From Chiloscyllium plagiosum (taxonomy: Eukaryota): DNA of 64,000 nt. The position numbers and the translations under genes are program-made. Positions 38,050 through 49,372 of the stretch are shown piece by piece. The stretch covers positions 83,712,624 to 83,776,623 of the forward strand of contig NC_057718.1 of NCBI RefSeq assembly GCF_004010195.1, in the 5' to 3' direction. A model generated the notes under the pieces. It was not told where the DNA came from and ran no database searches. It was given only the letters and a program-made list of their open reading frames with translations. Within the stretch, counting starts at the first letter, position 1; each line of letters begins with the position of its first letter.

Positions 38050-39982
38050 AATAAAAAGGAAAACAAGAAATATGTAACAGGTATAAAGGGAGCAAAACAA
38101 TGGAGGAGTATAGAAAGTGCAGAGTGGGAGTTCAAGCAAGTAGGACAACAAAGAGAGGGTTTGAAAAAATGCTGATGGGCAAGATGAGGGAGAATCCCAA
38201 GATATTCTACAAGCATATCAAGGGAAGAGAATAACTAAGGAAAGAGTAGGGCCTATTAGGGACCAAGGAGAAACTATGCGTGAAACTGCAGGACATATGT
38301 AGAGTGTTAAATTAAAACTTCACTTCTGTTTTTATTCGGGAGGAGGAGGCTGTTCGTACAGAATTTGAGAATGCTAAACAGAAGTCCTGGCATCAGTTGA
38401 AAATTCGACTTTAGAGTAATGTCAGCAGGGAAACAGACCCTTCAGCCCAACATATCCATGCCGACCAGGTTTTCTCAGCTGTACTAGTCCCATTTGCCTG
38501 CGTTTAGCGCATATCCCTCGAAACTGTGATGTTCTTGAGCAGATAGATATAAGAACCAAGGAGCTATTGGAGGTTTTGGCAGATTTAAAGCGGTGATATC
38601 TCAATGTCCAGATGAGTTGTATCCCATGCTGCTATGGGAGATGAGGGAGGAAATTGCCCTGACCCAAATTTTCAAATCTCTGGCCACAGGGGAGGTACCT
38701 AATGTCTTGAGGATAGCTAATGTTTTCTAATAACAAGGGTGGTAGAAAAAGGTGAAGGAACTATAGACCAATGAGTTTAGCATCAGTGATAGGGAACCTA
38801 TTGGAGAAAACTGTGAAGGACAAAATTAAACTCTGTTTTGAGAGACAAGTTTTGATCAGAGATAGTCAACATACTTTGTCAGAGGGAGGTCATGCCTAAC
38901 AAATCTAGTGGAACTTTTTGAGGAGGTGACCACGTTTTTTGGGTGAGAGTAAGGCAGTTAATGTAATTTATTTGAATTTCAGCAAAGTCGTTGACAAGGT
39001 CCCACTTGGAAAGCTGATAAAGGCAAAAATCTTGTGGGATCCAGGGTAATTTGGCAAGTTGGATCCAAAATTGGGTGTGTGACAGGAGACAATGAGCAGT
39101 GGTGAAAGGCTGTTCATGTGACTGGAGCCTGGTGTGTAGTGGTATACCACAGGGATCAGTGGTTATTGTGTGTAATGTTCATAAAGATGTAGATGAAAAT
39201 TTGGGGGTGAGTGGGGATGAAAAGTTAGATTGCAGATGTCACAAAAGTTGGCTGGGTAGTTCATAGTGACGAGGAAGGTGTCAGGTTGTAGGAGGATATG
39301 TATGGATTGGTCAGATGGGCAGATCAGTGACATATAATTTAATCCTGATAAATGTGAGGTGATGCACTTTGGCAGAAAGTGGCAGGACAGGTTAAGGGGG
39401 TATTTAAGAAGGTATACAGGATACTTATCTTTTTCAGTCATGATACAGAGGTCATGTTCGAAATATATGGAACTTTGGTTGGGCTACAGCTGAAGTACTG
39501 CATGCAGTTATTGGTCACCACGCTACAGGTAGGATGTGATTGCACTGGAGCGGGTACAAAGGAGATTGATCAGGATATTGCCTGGGATGGAGCTATTAAG
39601 AGAGGCTGGATAAGACACTGTTTTCTTTGGAGCAGAGAAAGTTGAAAGGGGATTTGATAAGGTGGATAAGATTATGACGGCCATGGACAGGGTGAATAAA
39701 AAGCAGCTTTTCTCCTTAGTCTTAGGATCAATATCATGGGGGCATAATTTTAAAGTGAAAGGCAGGAGATTTAGTGGTGATTTGAGGAAAACATTTTCAC
39801 CCAGAGGGCAGTGGGGGTCCAGAATGCACTGAATTGAGGTGGGGAAATCTCACAACATTAAAAAAGTATTGGGATGAGCACATTAGGTGTCATAACATTC
39901 AAGGCTATGGGCTTAGTGTGGGAAAATGGGGCTCGTAGTATAACTTTGGCAGTACAGACTCAATGAGCCAGTTCTATGACTG
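38050..39982 (+). mobile_element. Older CR1 LINE ORF2 to 3' end
   Basis: ENPK.FYK, NYRPMSLASV, DSQH, NFSKV.DKVP, SG.PQGSV remnants; ttctatgact tail. Confidence 0.85.
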
Positions 39983-40084
39983 TCCATCACTTTGTTAATG
40001 ATTGAGGGTAGACTGATGGGGACAGAAATTAATTGGATTGGATTTGTCCTGCTTTTCGAGTACAGGACACATGTGGGCGAATTT

Positions 40085-40880
40085 CCACATCATCAGGGAA
40101 AAACCAGTATTGCAGCTGTACTGGGTTTAAACTAGCTCAGCAGGGGGATGGGAACCTGTGGTGTAGTTCCAGTGCTCAGGAAGATGTGAGTAGGGAGGAC
40201 ATAGACAGGATTTCACATGGACAGTCACAGGATTGTGCTGGCAGACAGCAAGCTGGTTTGAAGTGTGAGTACTTTAACGTCAGGAGTATCCGGAATAAGG
40301 TAAGTGAGCTTGCAACATGGACAGGTACCTGGGACTTCGAACGTTGTGGCCATTTCAGATACATGGATGGAGCAGGGTCAGGAATGGATGTTGCAGGTTC
40401 CAGGGTTTAGATCTTTCATTAAGATCAGGGAAGGTGGTAAAAGAGAGGGAGATGTGGCTTTGTTAATCATGGACAGTATAATGGTGGCTGAAAGAACTTT
40501 TGACGAGGACTCGTCTACGGAGGTGTTATGGGCTGAGGTTAGAAACAGAGAGGAGAGGTCACACTGCTGGGAATTTTTTATAGGCTTCTGCAAATTTCCA
40601 GGGATGTGGAGAGAGGATTGGCAAAACAATTCTGGGTAGGAATGAAAGGAACAGGGTGGTCATTATGGGGGACTTTTAACTTCCCCAACATTGACCGGAA
40701 ATGCTATAACTCTAGTACATCGGATGCATCAGTTTTTGTCCAATGTGTGCAGGAGGATGTCCTGACAGTATGTCGAAGGGCTGACAAGATGGGAGGCTAC
40801 ACTGGATCTGGTACTTGGTAACGAACCAGGCCAGGCATTTGATTTAGTGGTAGGTGAGCACTTTGGAGAGAGTGACCATT
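40085..40880 (+). mobile_element. CR1 ORF1 end / endonuclease fragment
   Basis: LKC.YFN.RSIRNK, VVAISDTW, GGKR.G.VALL, MGDFNFPNID, LDLVLGN, SDH. Confidence 0.9.
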
Positions 40881-41152
40881 ATAATGAGGGGGCATAGCTG
40901 CAAATTGAGGGGTGATAGATTTAAGACACAGATGTCAGAGGCAGGTCCTTTACTCAGAGAGTGTTAAGGGCGTGGAATGCCCTGCCTGCCAGTGTAGTTA
41001 ACTCAGCCACATCAGGGGCATTTAAATGGTCCTTGGATAAGGATATGGATGATGATAGGATAGTGTAGGGGAATGGGCTTAGATTAGTTCACAGGTTGGC
41101 ACAACATCGAGGGCCGAAGGGCCTGTTCTGTGCTGTATTGTTCTATGTTCTA
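40880..41152 (+). mobile_element. CR1 3' end of a different subfamily
   Basis: FTQRV...WNALP; ttctatgttctat tail. Confidence 0.85.
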
Positions 41153-41413
41153 TAACAGCTAGGCTTGGGGTGCAACAAGTTCTGCAGCATATCTTCAGTA
41201 TTATTGCCAGAATGTTGTCAGGGCCCATTGACTGCCTTTCTTGACATCACATGGAGTGAACTGCATTGGCTGAAGACTGGCATCTCTCATACTGGGGACC
41301 TCTGGAGGAGTACAAGATGGATCATCCACTTGGTACTACTGGCTGAAGACTGTTGCAAAATACTGCAGCCTTACTAAAATATATTTATCAGTTTGGAGGC
41401 CTGGTCCCAGCAA

Positions 41414-41625
41414 TGTTACACAATACCTTGCCAACGAGGCCAAGATTGCAGTGGTGCAAGCTGACAAACTACCAGAATCAATGTTACAATTCTTATTCAA
41501 GGGTACACAGAGGAATCCAGTTTTAGGCAGTTTAAGAAAGTCCTCTGCAAAGCCAGAAATACCCATTTTCTTTATACACCTTAAATTACATAAACATAGC
41601 ATTACTCAATTCTCATCTTGTCAAA
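41414..41625. repeat. LTR-like repeat segment
   Basis: Starts TGTTAC; homologous to 27797-27950 plus 29655-29680. Confidence 0.5.
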
Positions 41626-41665
41626 ATGCTAAACAGGAGTCCTGGCATCAGTTGAAAGTTCGACT

Positions 41666-42600
41666 TTAGAGTCATATAGCAGGCGAACAGACCCTTCAGC
41701 CCAACTTGTCCCTGCTGATCTGGTTTCCTAAACTGAACTATTCCATTTGCCTGCGTTTAGCCCGTATCCCTCTCAACCATTCCCATCCATGCACCTCTCC
41801 AATGTCTTTTAAATGTTGTAATTGTACTCACGTCTACCACTTCCTCTGGCAGATTGTTCCATACACGCACTACACTCTGTGAAAACATTACCCCTCAGGT
41901 CCCTTTTAAATGTTTATCCTCTCACTTTAAGTCTATGCCCTTTTGTTTTGAATCCCGTACACTGGGGATAAGGCCTTGGCTATTCACTTTATTCATGCTT
42001 CTCATGACTTTATAAAACCTCCATAAGGTCACCCTTCAGTCTCCTATGCCCCATGGCAAAAATGTCTCAGCCTCCTTATAACTGAAACCCTCCAGTCTAA
42101 GTAACATTCTTGTAACTCTTTTTTGCACCCTTTCCAGTTTAAGAACATCCTTCCACAGCAGGGCAGCCAGAATTGTACACAGTATTCCGAATGTGGTCTG
42201 ACCAATGTCTTGTACAGCTGTAACATGACATCCCATCTCCTGTACTCAGTGCTCTGACCGATGAAGGCAAGCATGCCAAACACCTATTTCACCATCCTGT
42301 CTACCTGTTATGCCACATTCAAGGAACTATGTATCTGCACCCCTCGGTCTCTGTCTGACAACACTCCCCAGTGCTGTATCATTAACTGTGTAAGCCCCGC
42401 TGGTTTGTGTTAGCAAATGCCATACCTCACATTTATCTGCATTCAAGTCCATCTGCCATTCCTCAACCCACTGGCCCAGTTGATCAAGATCCCATTGTGC
42501 TTAGAAAATCTTCTTCACTGTTCCACTAAACCATCAATTTTGGTGTCATCCACTAACTTACTAATTCTGCCTCCTATATTCTCGTCCACGTCGTTTATAG
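41666..42600 (-). mobile_element. CR1 3' fragment
   Basis: ORF 42044-42283 FGMLAFIGQS.EYR.WDVMLQLYKTLVRPH.EYCVQFW. Confidence 0.93.
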
Positions 42601-42799
42601 TTCACCTAGTTGCTGCAGTACGTCCGTCAGGAAATGTTCTTTGACCATCCAAGCCCTCCTTTACCTGGTTTGTGTTGCCTTCGGTCCGTTAGATCATCTC
42701 AACAATAATAATATCCGGAGCAAAGCTAGAGAAAACATCAATATTCAGGAGTCCTGCTGTTAGCTGACGTATTTGTATTTTAAGTTTTTTTTTAATGAA

Positions 42800-43724
42800 T
42801 CGGTCCAAAGGATCGTTCGCTCAGTAAAACCACACTCAATGAAACTATGAACGTGAATAAACTTGCTGCAATTGCAATCAAGAATGAACTCTGTTTCCCA
42901 GAATGCACGGAACACGGCAGCGTAAACAGGGCAATCTTTTCTCCTGTTCCTTTTCCGTGTTGGGTTGAGAAAGAAAATGCGGCCCCCTGCCTATCCGGCC
43001 GCATGCGCAGACGTTTGAAGCTCTCAAGTTTGAAGAACACACGGGATATTTTTGTTATATTTATCGTTAGAAGGGGTGACTTGTTTCTCCTTTTTTAAAA
43101 TTATTCTCGGCCAGTATTTGACGCCTCGGGGGTTGGCTCTCAATATGTAATCGTGGGCGTTCACACCAGTGAAAAGGGAGTTTCAAAGGGGGGGGGGGGG
43201 GGTTGTGGAAGAGAGACAAATCGAAATTTGTGTGTGTATATAGGTCAGCTGGCGACTGGCTCCCCCCGCCTCGATCCAGGGCGACCGTTGAATTTTCGCC
43301 TCGAGATCGCGCCGTCTTACTCTTGCGGCCCCCACCCCCCTCGTCTCGAGCCTGAGCCGTTGGTTGGCTGCCGTGTCCAGCGTCTCCCCGTTTGCTTTGC
43401 AGCCGAATGGTGTCCCCGGCGTGCGAGAGAGGTGAACGCGAGCACCAGCGACGACAGCAAAAGGGGCTGGTGGGGGTAACAAAAAAGGGAAAGGGGAACG
43501 ATCACTTTGAAACTTTTGGGGAGGGAGGAGGGGTGGTGGGGGGGGGCTGTGCGGATAAGAAGCTGTCGGCGAACGCTTTAGAAGTCGGACAGGGAGCAAA
43601 AGGCGGAGGAAGAGAATAATTTCAAGATCGGTCCTAGGAGTGGCGATCGAAGAAGAAAACGTCCAATCTTCTTACTGACTGGAAAAAGGCTGCGGGTGCG
43701 CGTCCGGGGGCCGGAGGCTGTACC
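42800..43724 (+). promoter_or_regulatory. CpG-island promoter and 5'UTR of the SOS gene
   Basis: Dense CpG; NRF1-like ccgcatgcgca at 42999-43009; G-tracts at 43188-43202 and about 43517-43546; Kozak-like accATG at 43722-43727. Confidence 0.8.
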
Positions 43725-43811
43725 ATGCAGCAGCCACAACAACAGTACGATTTCTTCAGTGAGGACAATGCACCCAAATGGCGGGGTCTACTCGTCGCTG
43801 CTCTACGGAAG
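43725..43811 (+). CDS. SOS2: Son of sevenless homolog (Ras GEF), first coding exon; SOS2-leaning, paralog not certain
   Basis: [29 protein letters not shown] then AAG|gtaaaa donor, 87 nt; compare human SOS2 [29 protein letters not shown] and SOS1 [29 protein letters not shown] (both recalled). Family assignment is very secure, paralog less so. Confidence 0.85.
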
Positions 43812-44629
43812 GTAAAAGTTATTTTGAAGCTCCAGTATGTGTTTATATTTGAATTATGAATTTGCGAGATTTATTGTAATTTTTTTTCCAAGAAATTCGA
43901 GGCTTGACGTATCGAACCATGGACCTGATGTTTTTGATATTTTAGAGGTGCAGTGAAGGATGCTAAAATGCCGTTTTACAGGCATTTTATATTAAATCAG
44001 TTAAATATTTCAGTAATAGGAACGGAGAACTTGTGAAAGGAACATGTTTCCTCTACCGTTGTCAACTGGTTTGACAAATAAGTTTGTTAATTTGGTGAAT
44101 TTGACTTTTTTGAATCGTATTTTGCTGATTATGATATGACATTCTGTTCGGAAGCAACTTTTATTGTGTGCATACGATTTTTTGCTATTGGTTATCGCAG
44201 TTATTAGCTTTCGACATATTAAACCATAATTAAGTGAAGTTTTACCTGATATGTTTTGATCTTCTTCCCCCTTGTGGTTACTGTGTTGCAAATGACTTTG
44301 GGGTCGGGGTATTTTGGAATCAGTTGCAACATGGTGCATGTTCATCATGTGGTTTTTGCTTATGGGGTTTTGGACAGTGAACAGAATGAAAGTGAATGCG
44401 AGACTGAGATTTCAAGTTTCAAGCCTGTGTGCTGCTTTTAGTGAAAGGTTCGATTGAAGGCAAATTGTGGACTTTGTGACGTAAAAGGTAGCCTGATACC
44501 TGGAAGGGATTATTGGGCAAGTGAGATAGAATTGTCAACAATTTTGGTCAAGTAAATCTCGATTTTGAAAAAAAGAATGGAAATGACCAAGTATCTTCAG
44601 GATAAGCTTGATTCTTTTTTTTAATTTAA

Positions 44630-44790
44630 ATCGGAAGAACTCTGGATGTTGGAAATCAGAAACAAAGACAGAAATTAATGGAAATGCTGAGGTTTGGCAG
44701 CATCTGTGGAGAGAAATCAGAGTTAACGTTTCAGGTCCAGTGATCCTTTGTCAGAACTGCTGAGCTTTTCCAGAAATTTAATGCTTGGTT
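44630..44790 (-). mobile_element. Older Penelope-like terminus with hammerhead motif and short inverted piece
   Basis: Reverse complement of 44721-44758: AGUU-CUGACAA-AGGAUCACUGGACCU-GAAACGUU-AACU. Confidence 0.75.
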
Positions 44791-44974
44791 GTCCTGACTC
44801 TGGTGAAGTTTTGTGAATTTTAAAAAAATATTAGTACTAGTAGTTTTTTGTGATTTCTGAAACACTCAAGTAAAATATCTGATCTAACTTAACAAATCAC
44901 CATCTTTTCAGAGTGGGGAACACTTTGGAATATTGTAATTATTTGTCAGATAAGTAGAAAAAGCTGTACATTGA

Positions 44975-45442
44975 TAAGACCATAAGACATAGTAGCAGAA
45001 ATTATGCCATTCAGCCCACTGAATCTGCTCTGCCATTCAATCATGATTGATAAGCTTCTCAACCCCATTCTCCTGCTTTCTCCCCATTACCTTTATTCTC
45101 CTTGACAATAAAGAAATCTATCTATCTCCATCTTAAATATACTCTGACCTGACTCCATAGACCTCTGGGACAATGAATTTCATAGATTCGTGACTCTGGC
45201 TGAAGAAGTTTCTTTTTTACCTCCGTTTTAAAAGATCTTCCCTTTACTCTCAGGCTGTGCCCTCTGGTCCTAGTCTCTCCTACCAGTGGAAACATCTTCT
45301 GAGCATCTCCTCTGTTCAGGCCATTGAAAGATACAGAATACTCAATTAATCCCCCCCTCATCCTTTTAAACTCCATTGAGTAAAGACCCTGAGTTCTCAA
45401 ACATTCCTCATGTTAAGCTTTGCATTCCTGGGACCATTCCCA
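44975..45442 (-). mobile_element. CR1 3' fragment
   Basis: ORF 45122-45400 GLYSMEFKRMRGGLIE...MFPLVGETRTRGHSLRVKG. Confidence 0.9.
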
Positions 45443-45994
45443 TAAAGATTGTAGAAAGCAGTTGTGTAATTAATTGCTATGAAAATAACTAAATATAAAG
45501 AACACAATTATTGCGTTGCTGCCATCGTAATACTTGATTATGCTGGATTCCAAGGTGGACCAGAAAGCCTGAGGACCTCTTCGGATATTGTGGACCAAAC
45601 TGATGGTCTGAAAGAATAATTAGCGTGATTGGTGTAATTGTAAAAAAGGCTAACTTTTTGGCTTATTAAACAATAGAACTTCAATACTGTAGCTGATGCT
45701 GCATGTGGATGTACTTTGGGTTATAAACTGTTGCAAGGGGGAAGTCTCTCACCTGTTGTATCCAATTTAGACAAATAAAATGATGGGCTCCAGTATGTCC
45801 ATTCTTGTCTTTTACCAAGCAGTGAGTCTGCATTTTAATCATCTGGGAAGTGAATTACCAAATAGTTTCTGGACCAACTGACACTATTAATTTTGTAAAT
45901 AATTTTTCAAAACATGTTAAAATACTTGGATCTTACTGGAAATTGGAGGAATTTTCTCACTTTGGTTTCCAACAGAAATAGTTTTGAATTAAGA

Positions 45995-46950
45995 TTTTTG
46001 CTATTCCCTTGTGAGACATAGGTGTTACTGGCTAGCATGTATTGCCTGTTCCTAATTGCCCTTGAGAGGGTGGTGATGAGCTGCCTTTTTGAACTGCTGC
46101 AGTCCATGTGCTGTAGGTTGATCCATGATGCCATAAAGGAGGGAATTCCAGGATTTTGACCCAGCAACCGTGAAGGAACAAATATAGTTCAGTCATGATA
46201 GTGAGTGCCTTGGAGGATAACTGCAGGTTCTGGTTGTCCCATGTATCTGCTGCCCTTGTACTTTTCTAGTTGGAAGTGATCATGGGTTTGGAAGATACTG
46301 TTTCATGATTTTTGCATTTCTGCAGTTCAGTTTGTAGATAGTAGCAGCATTGTGTACTGAGCATCACTGATTTGAGGGAGTGGATGTTTCTGATGTGCTG
46401 GCAATCAAGTGTGCTGCTTTGTCCTGGATGGCGTCGAGCTGCTTCATTGTTGTTGGAGCTGCACCTGTCCATGCTCGTGGGATGTATTCTATCACATACC
46501 TGACTTGAAGATGGTGAGTGAGGGAGTCAGGAGGTGAGTTAATTGCTACAATATTCCAAACCTTTGACCTGTGTTGTAGCCACCATGTTTATATGGCAAG
46601 TCCAGTGAGCTTCTGATCAGTGGTAACCACAGGATGTTGATACCTGGGGATTCAGTAGTAATAACACGGTTGAATGTTAAGGGGCCATTTTAGATAGTCA
46701 GTCATTGCCTGACGTTTGTGTGGCATGAATGTTACTTGTCGGCCCAAGTCTGGATATTGTCCAAATCTTGTTGCATTTGAATGTGGACTGCTTCAGTATC
46801 TGTGTGGTTGTGCAATCACCATTTGCAATGTTCAACATCAGCGAACATCACTACTTTTGACCTTGTGATTAGAGAAAGGACATTGAAGCAGCTGAAGGTG
46901 GTTGGGCCAAGGATACTACCCTGTAGAACCTCAGCAGAGATGTTTTGGCG
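45995..46950 (-). mobile_element. Non-LTR retrotransposon (CR1/L2 group) RT to 3' end, second family
   Basis: SAEVLQGSILGPTTFSCF...VVMFAD in ORF 46816-47004. Confidence 0.8.
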
Positions 46951-47049
46951 CTGACATGAACTGTCTCCAAAAAAGGTAAAGGCTGGCCCAGCCTCTTTTG
47001 ACATGCTGTGATTTTTAAGGTGTGTCTGGTAGAGGACAGGAATGACTGG

Positions 47050-47560
47050 GAGGCTGTATTGTCTGTCTGCTTTGTGTCATCCACTCTCGTTTAAAAGGAT
47101 TTGCCGATTCTCACAATTTCAGTCTGAGATCATGTCACTGAGCAATCATTTACTTCCAGGCTGTTGACCACAGGACTCTCTTTGAGCACTTCCTGGAAGA
47201 AGAAACATGAGCACATCTTGTCCTGCTCCATGGTCTGGCCCCTGGATCTGAAAATTATCTTGTTTTTGGCTCTTGACAATTCCACATCTTTTCTTCAAGA
47301 TTTCCCTGGACCTCAACAAGAAAACCTCCTTGACGTCAACCTGCATTGTCTGCAGCAGGAGCTAGTTCTTTATGCGTTTCTCGAGTTTTGATAACTTTTT
47401 TCATCACTTCTGTCACCTTCTGAGTGCTTTTGTTGAAGATGAAGAACCTCTTGATGTTTCCCACCAGTTTGCTGGAGACTCTCAGGGATTTTAGTCCTCT
47501 AATGTTTTTGGGCAACTGAGAATGGACTAGAATATTTTCTGGGGTCAAAAATTTCATATT
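47050..47560 (-). mobile_element. Tx1/L1-clade ORF2 linker fragment
   Basis: Frameshifted WWE.IKRFFI, IIFRSR...EQDKMCSCFFFQ, SQ.EI.RI.KSF. Confidence 0.55.
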
Positions 47561-48879
47561 CAGCTTGCATATTTTAGGTCTACTTCAGTGTTACACTATG
47601 AAATTTCTAATAGTATTGTCATTCTGCGAAGAGTGATCAATTGACCTTTTTAAGATTTTGGTTATTTCTATTGTAATGACAATTTATATTAAACGTAGTG
47701 ACAATTGTTTCAGTTGTCTTAATTCCTGTTTGGTGTATCTTATGGTGATCCTGATTATGAAAGAACATGTTTTATCATGCAAAGTTAGCTACTTGAATTT
47801 TTTGGAGAGATCAATGCAGCTATCTCAGGGATGTACATTAAGAGCCATATAGTGTTTGGCCTATATATTTCAGAAGTTGAGAATGGTACATAGCCTTATT
47901 TTTGAAAGAGTAGAGGATACTTTTCTTTTCCCAATGAGTGATTACTATGACTCCATTAAGTTCTTGAACTGGTCAGTGAGTTTTTCTGAGTTGATATTCA
48001 GAACACTGATCAGTCATGTTCCCTGACCTTTATTTGAGATTGCATGAACTGTTGCTATCTTCAGCTGCATTCTAAAATTCCTTCCCTACAGGTCTTCATC
48101 TCCACCTTGCTTCCTTTTAAGGAACTCCTTTAAAACCTACACCTTCAATCATCTTTTGTCACTTGCTGTAATATTTCCTAAGATGGCTCTGTCATGTTTT
48201 GTTTTATAGTGCTGTGTGGAAGTGCCTTTTGGATACTTCAGTATGTTAAAAGATCCCAGTTGTTGTTGAGGTCCAGGGAAATGTGCATAATAGCTGTGGA
48301 GCCATGATCATGGTACATTTTCTGGGGTGCTCAAAGTTAAGACAACTGACTTCTGTGCCAACTTGGGAGGCTGAAGTATTCTAGGAGTTCCATCTTTGGC
48401 CATCTAATAATAATTGTTTTTAGGTGGAATGACCATAAAGGGATTCAATAGTATGAGAGGCAGTAGTTGAGTTAGTGCTAATTACAGCCTTTTATGTAAC
48501 GGGAGCACTGTTTTGTCAGCGTTCCAGTTGTTGACCTTGATGTTATGGTTTCTAACACTGAAAACTTTGTAAAGGTAAATTTTTCAGCTCTGTGAAGAGG
48601 CAGTTTAATATTACATTTCTGGCATAGGAGATCTGATAAAGTGAGGTCAACCACTGAATTTTTTTAATTGTGGTCATGGAAGATGCTGAGGTGGATTGGT
48701 TTGAGTTTTATGTAAATAAGAGACATTCTGAAAATTCAGCTAATGGAGCGACTTGAAATTTTGAGTTTTTTTTTGACTGGATGTCCTACTTCAATTTCTA
48801 TAGAGTCTGTTCCTCTATCAAGGAGATTATGTTTGATCTCCACTCTGTCTCAACTTAACTTTCCTGTCTTTGCCCCATC

Positions 48880-49210
48880 TCATTGATTCCCATATTGATT
48901 GAGAATCTGTCTATCTCAGCCTTTTAATATCCTTAATGACGCAGCCTTGACCGACCTCCATGGTAAAAATTCCCTAGATAGACAGACATTCTCCTCTGTG
49001 TTTTTAATGGGTAATCTTAGTCGAGATTGATCTCTAGACTTTCCTATAAGGGGAAGCAATCTTTCAGCATCTACCCTGTCAAATCCCTGAAGAATCACGT
49101 ATCTTTTAATAAGATTGCCATTATTCTTCGACACCACAGCAAGTAACAAACCCAAACTACTCCTTCTTCTCATGAGAAAATCCATCCATACCTGGAGTTA
49201 ACTCTGTCAA
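48880..49210 (-). mobile_element. Old CR1 3' fragment
   Basis: GNLIKRYVILQGFDRVDAERLLPL in ORF 48916-49185. Confidence 0.75.
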
Positions 49211-49372
49211 CCACCTTCCCGTGTCTGTGTGGATTTCCTCTGGGTGCTCAGGTTTCCTCCCATAATCCCAAGATGTGCACTTTGAATTGGCCATGCAAAG
49301 TTGCCCACCTGTAGTGTTAGGTATATGAGTCAGGAGTAAATGTAGGGGAATGGGTTACTCTTCGGAAGGTCA

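Noticed and set aside
43153..43599. Overlapping 108-138 aa ORFs in the CpG island
   Set aside because: Expected in GC-rich DNA; low-complexity translations with no recognisable homology
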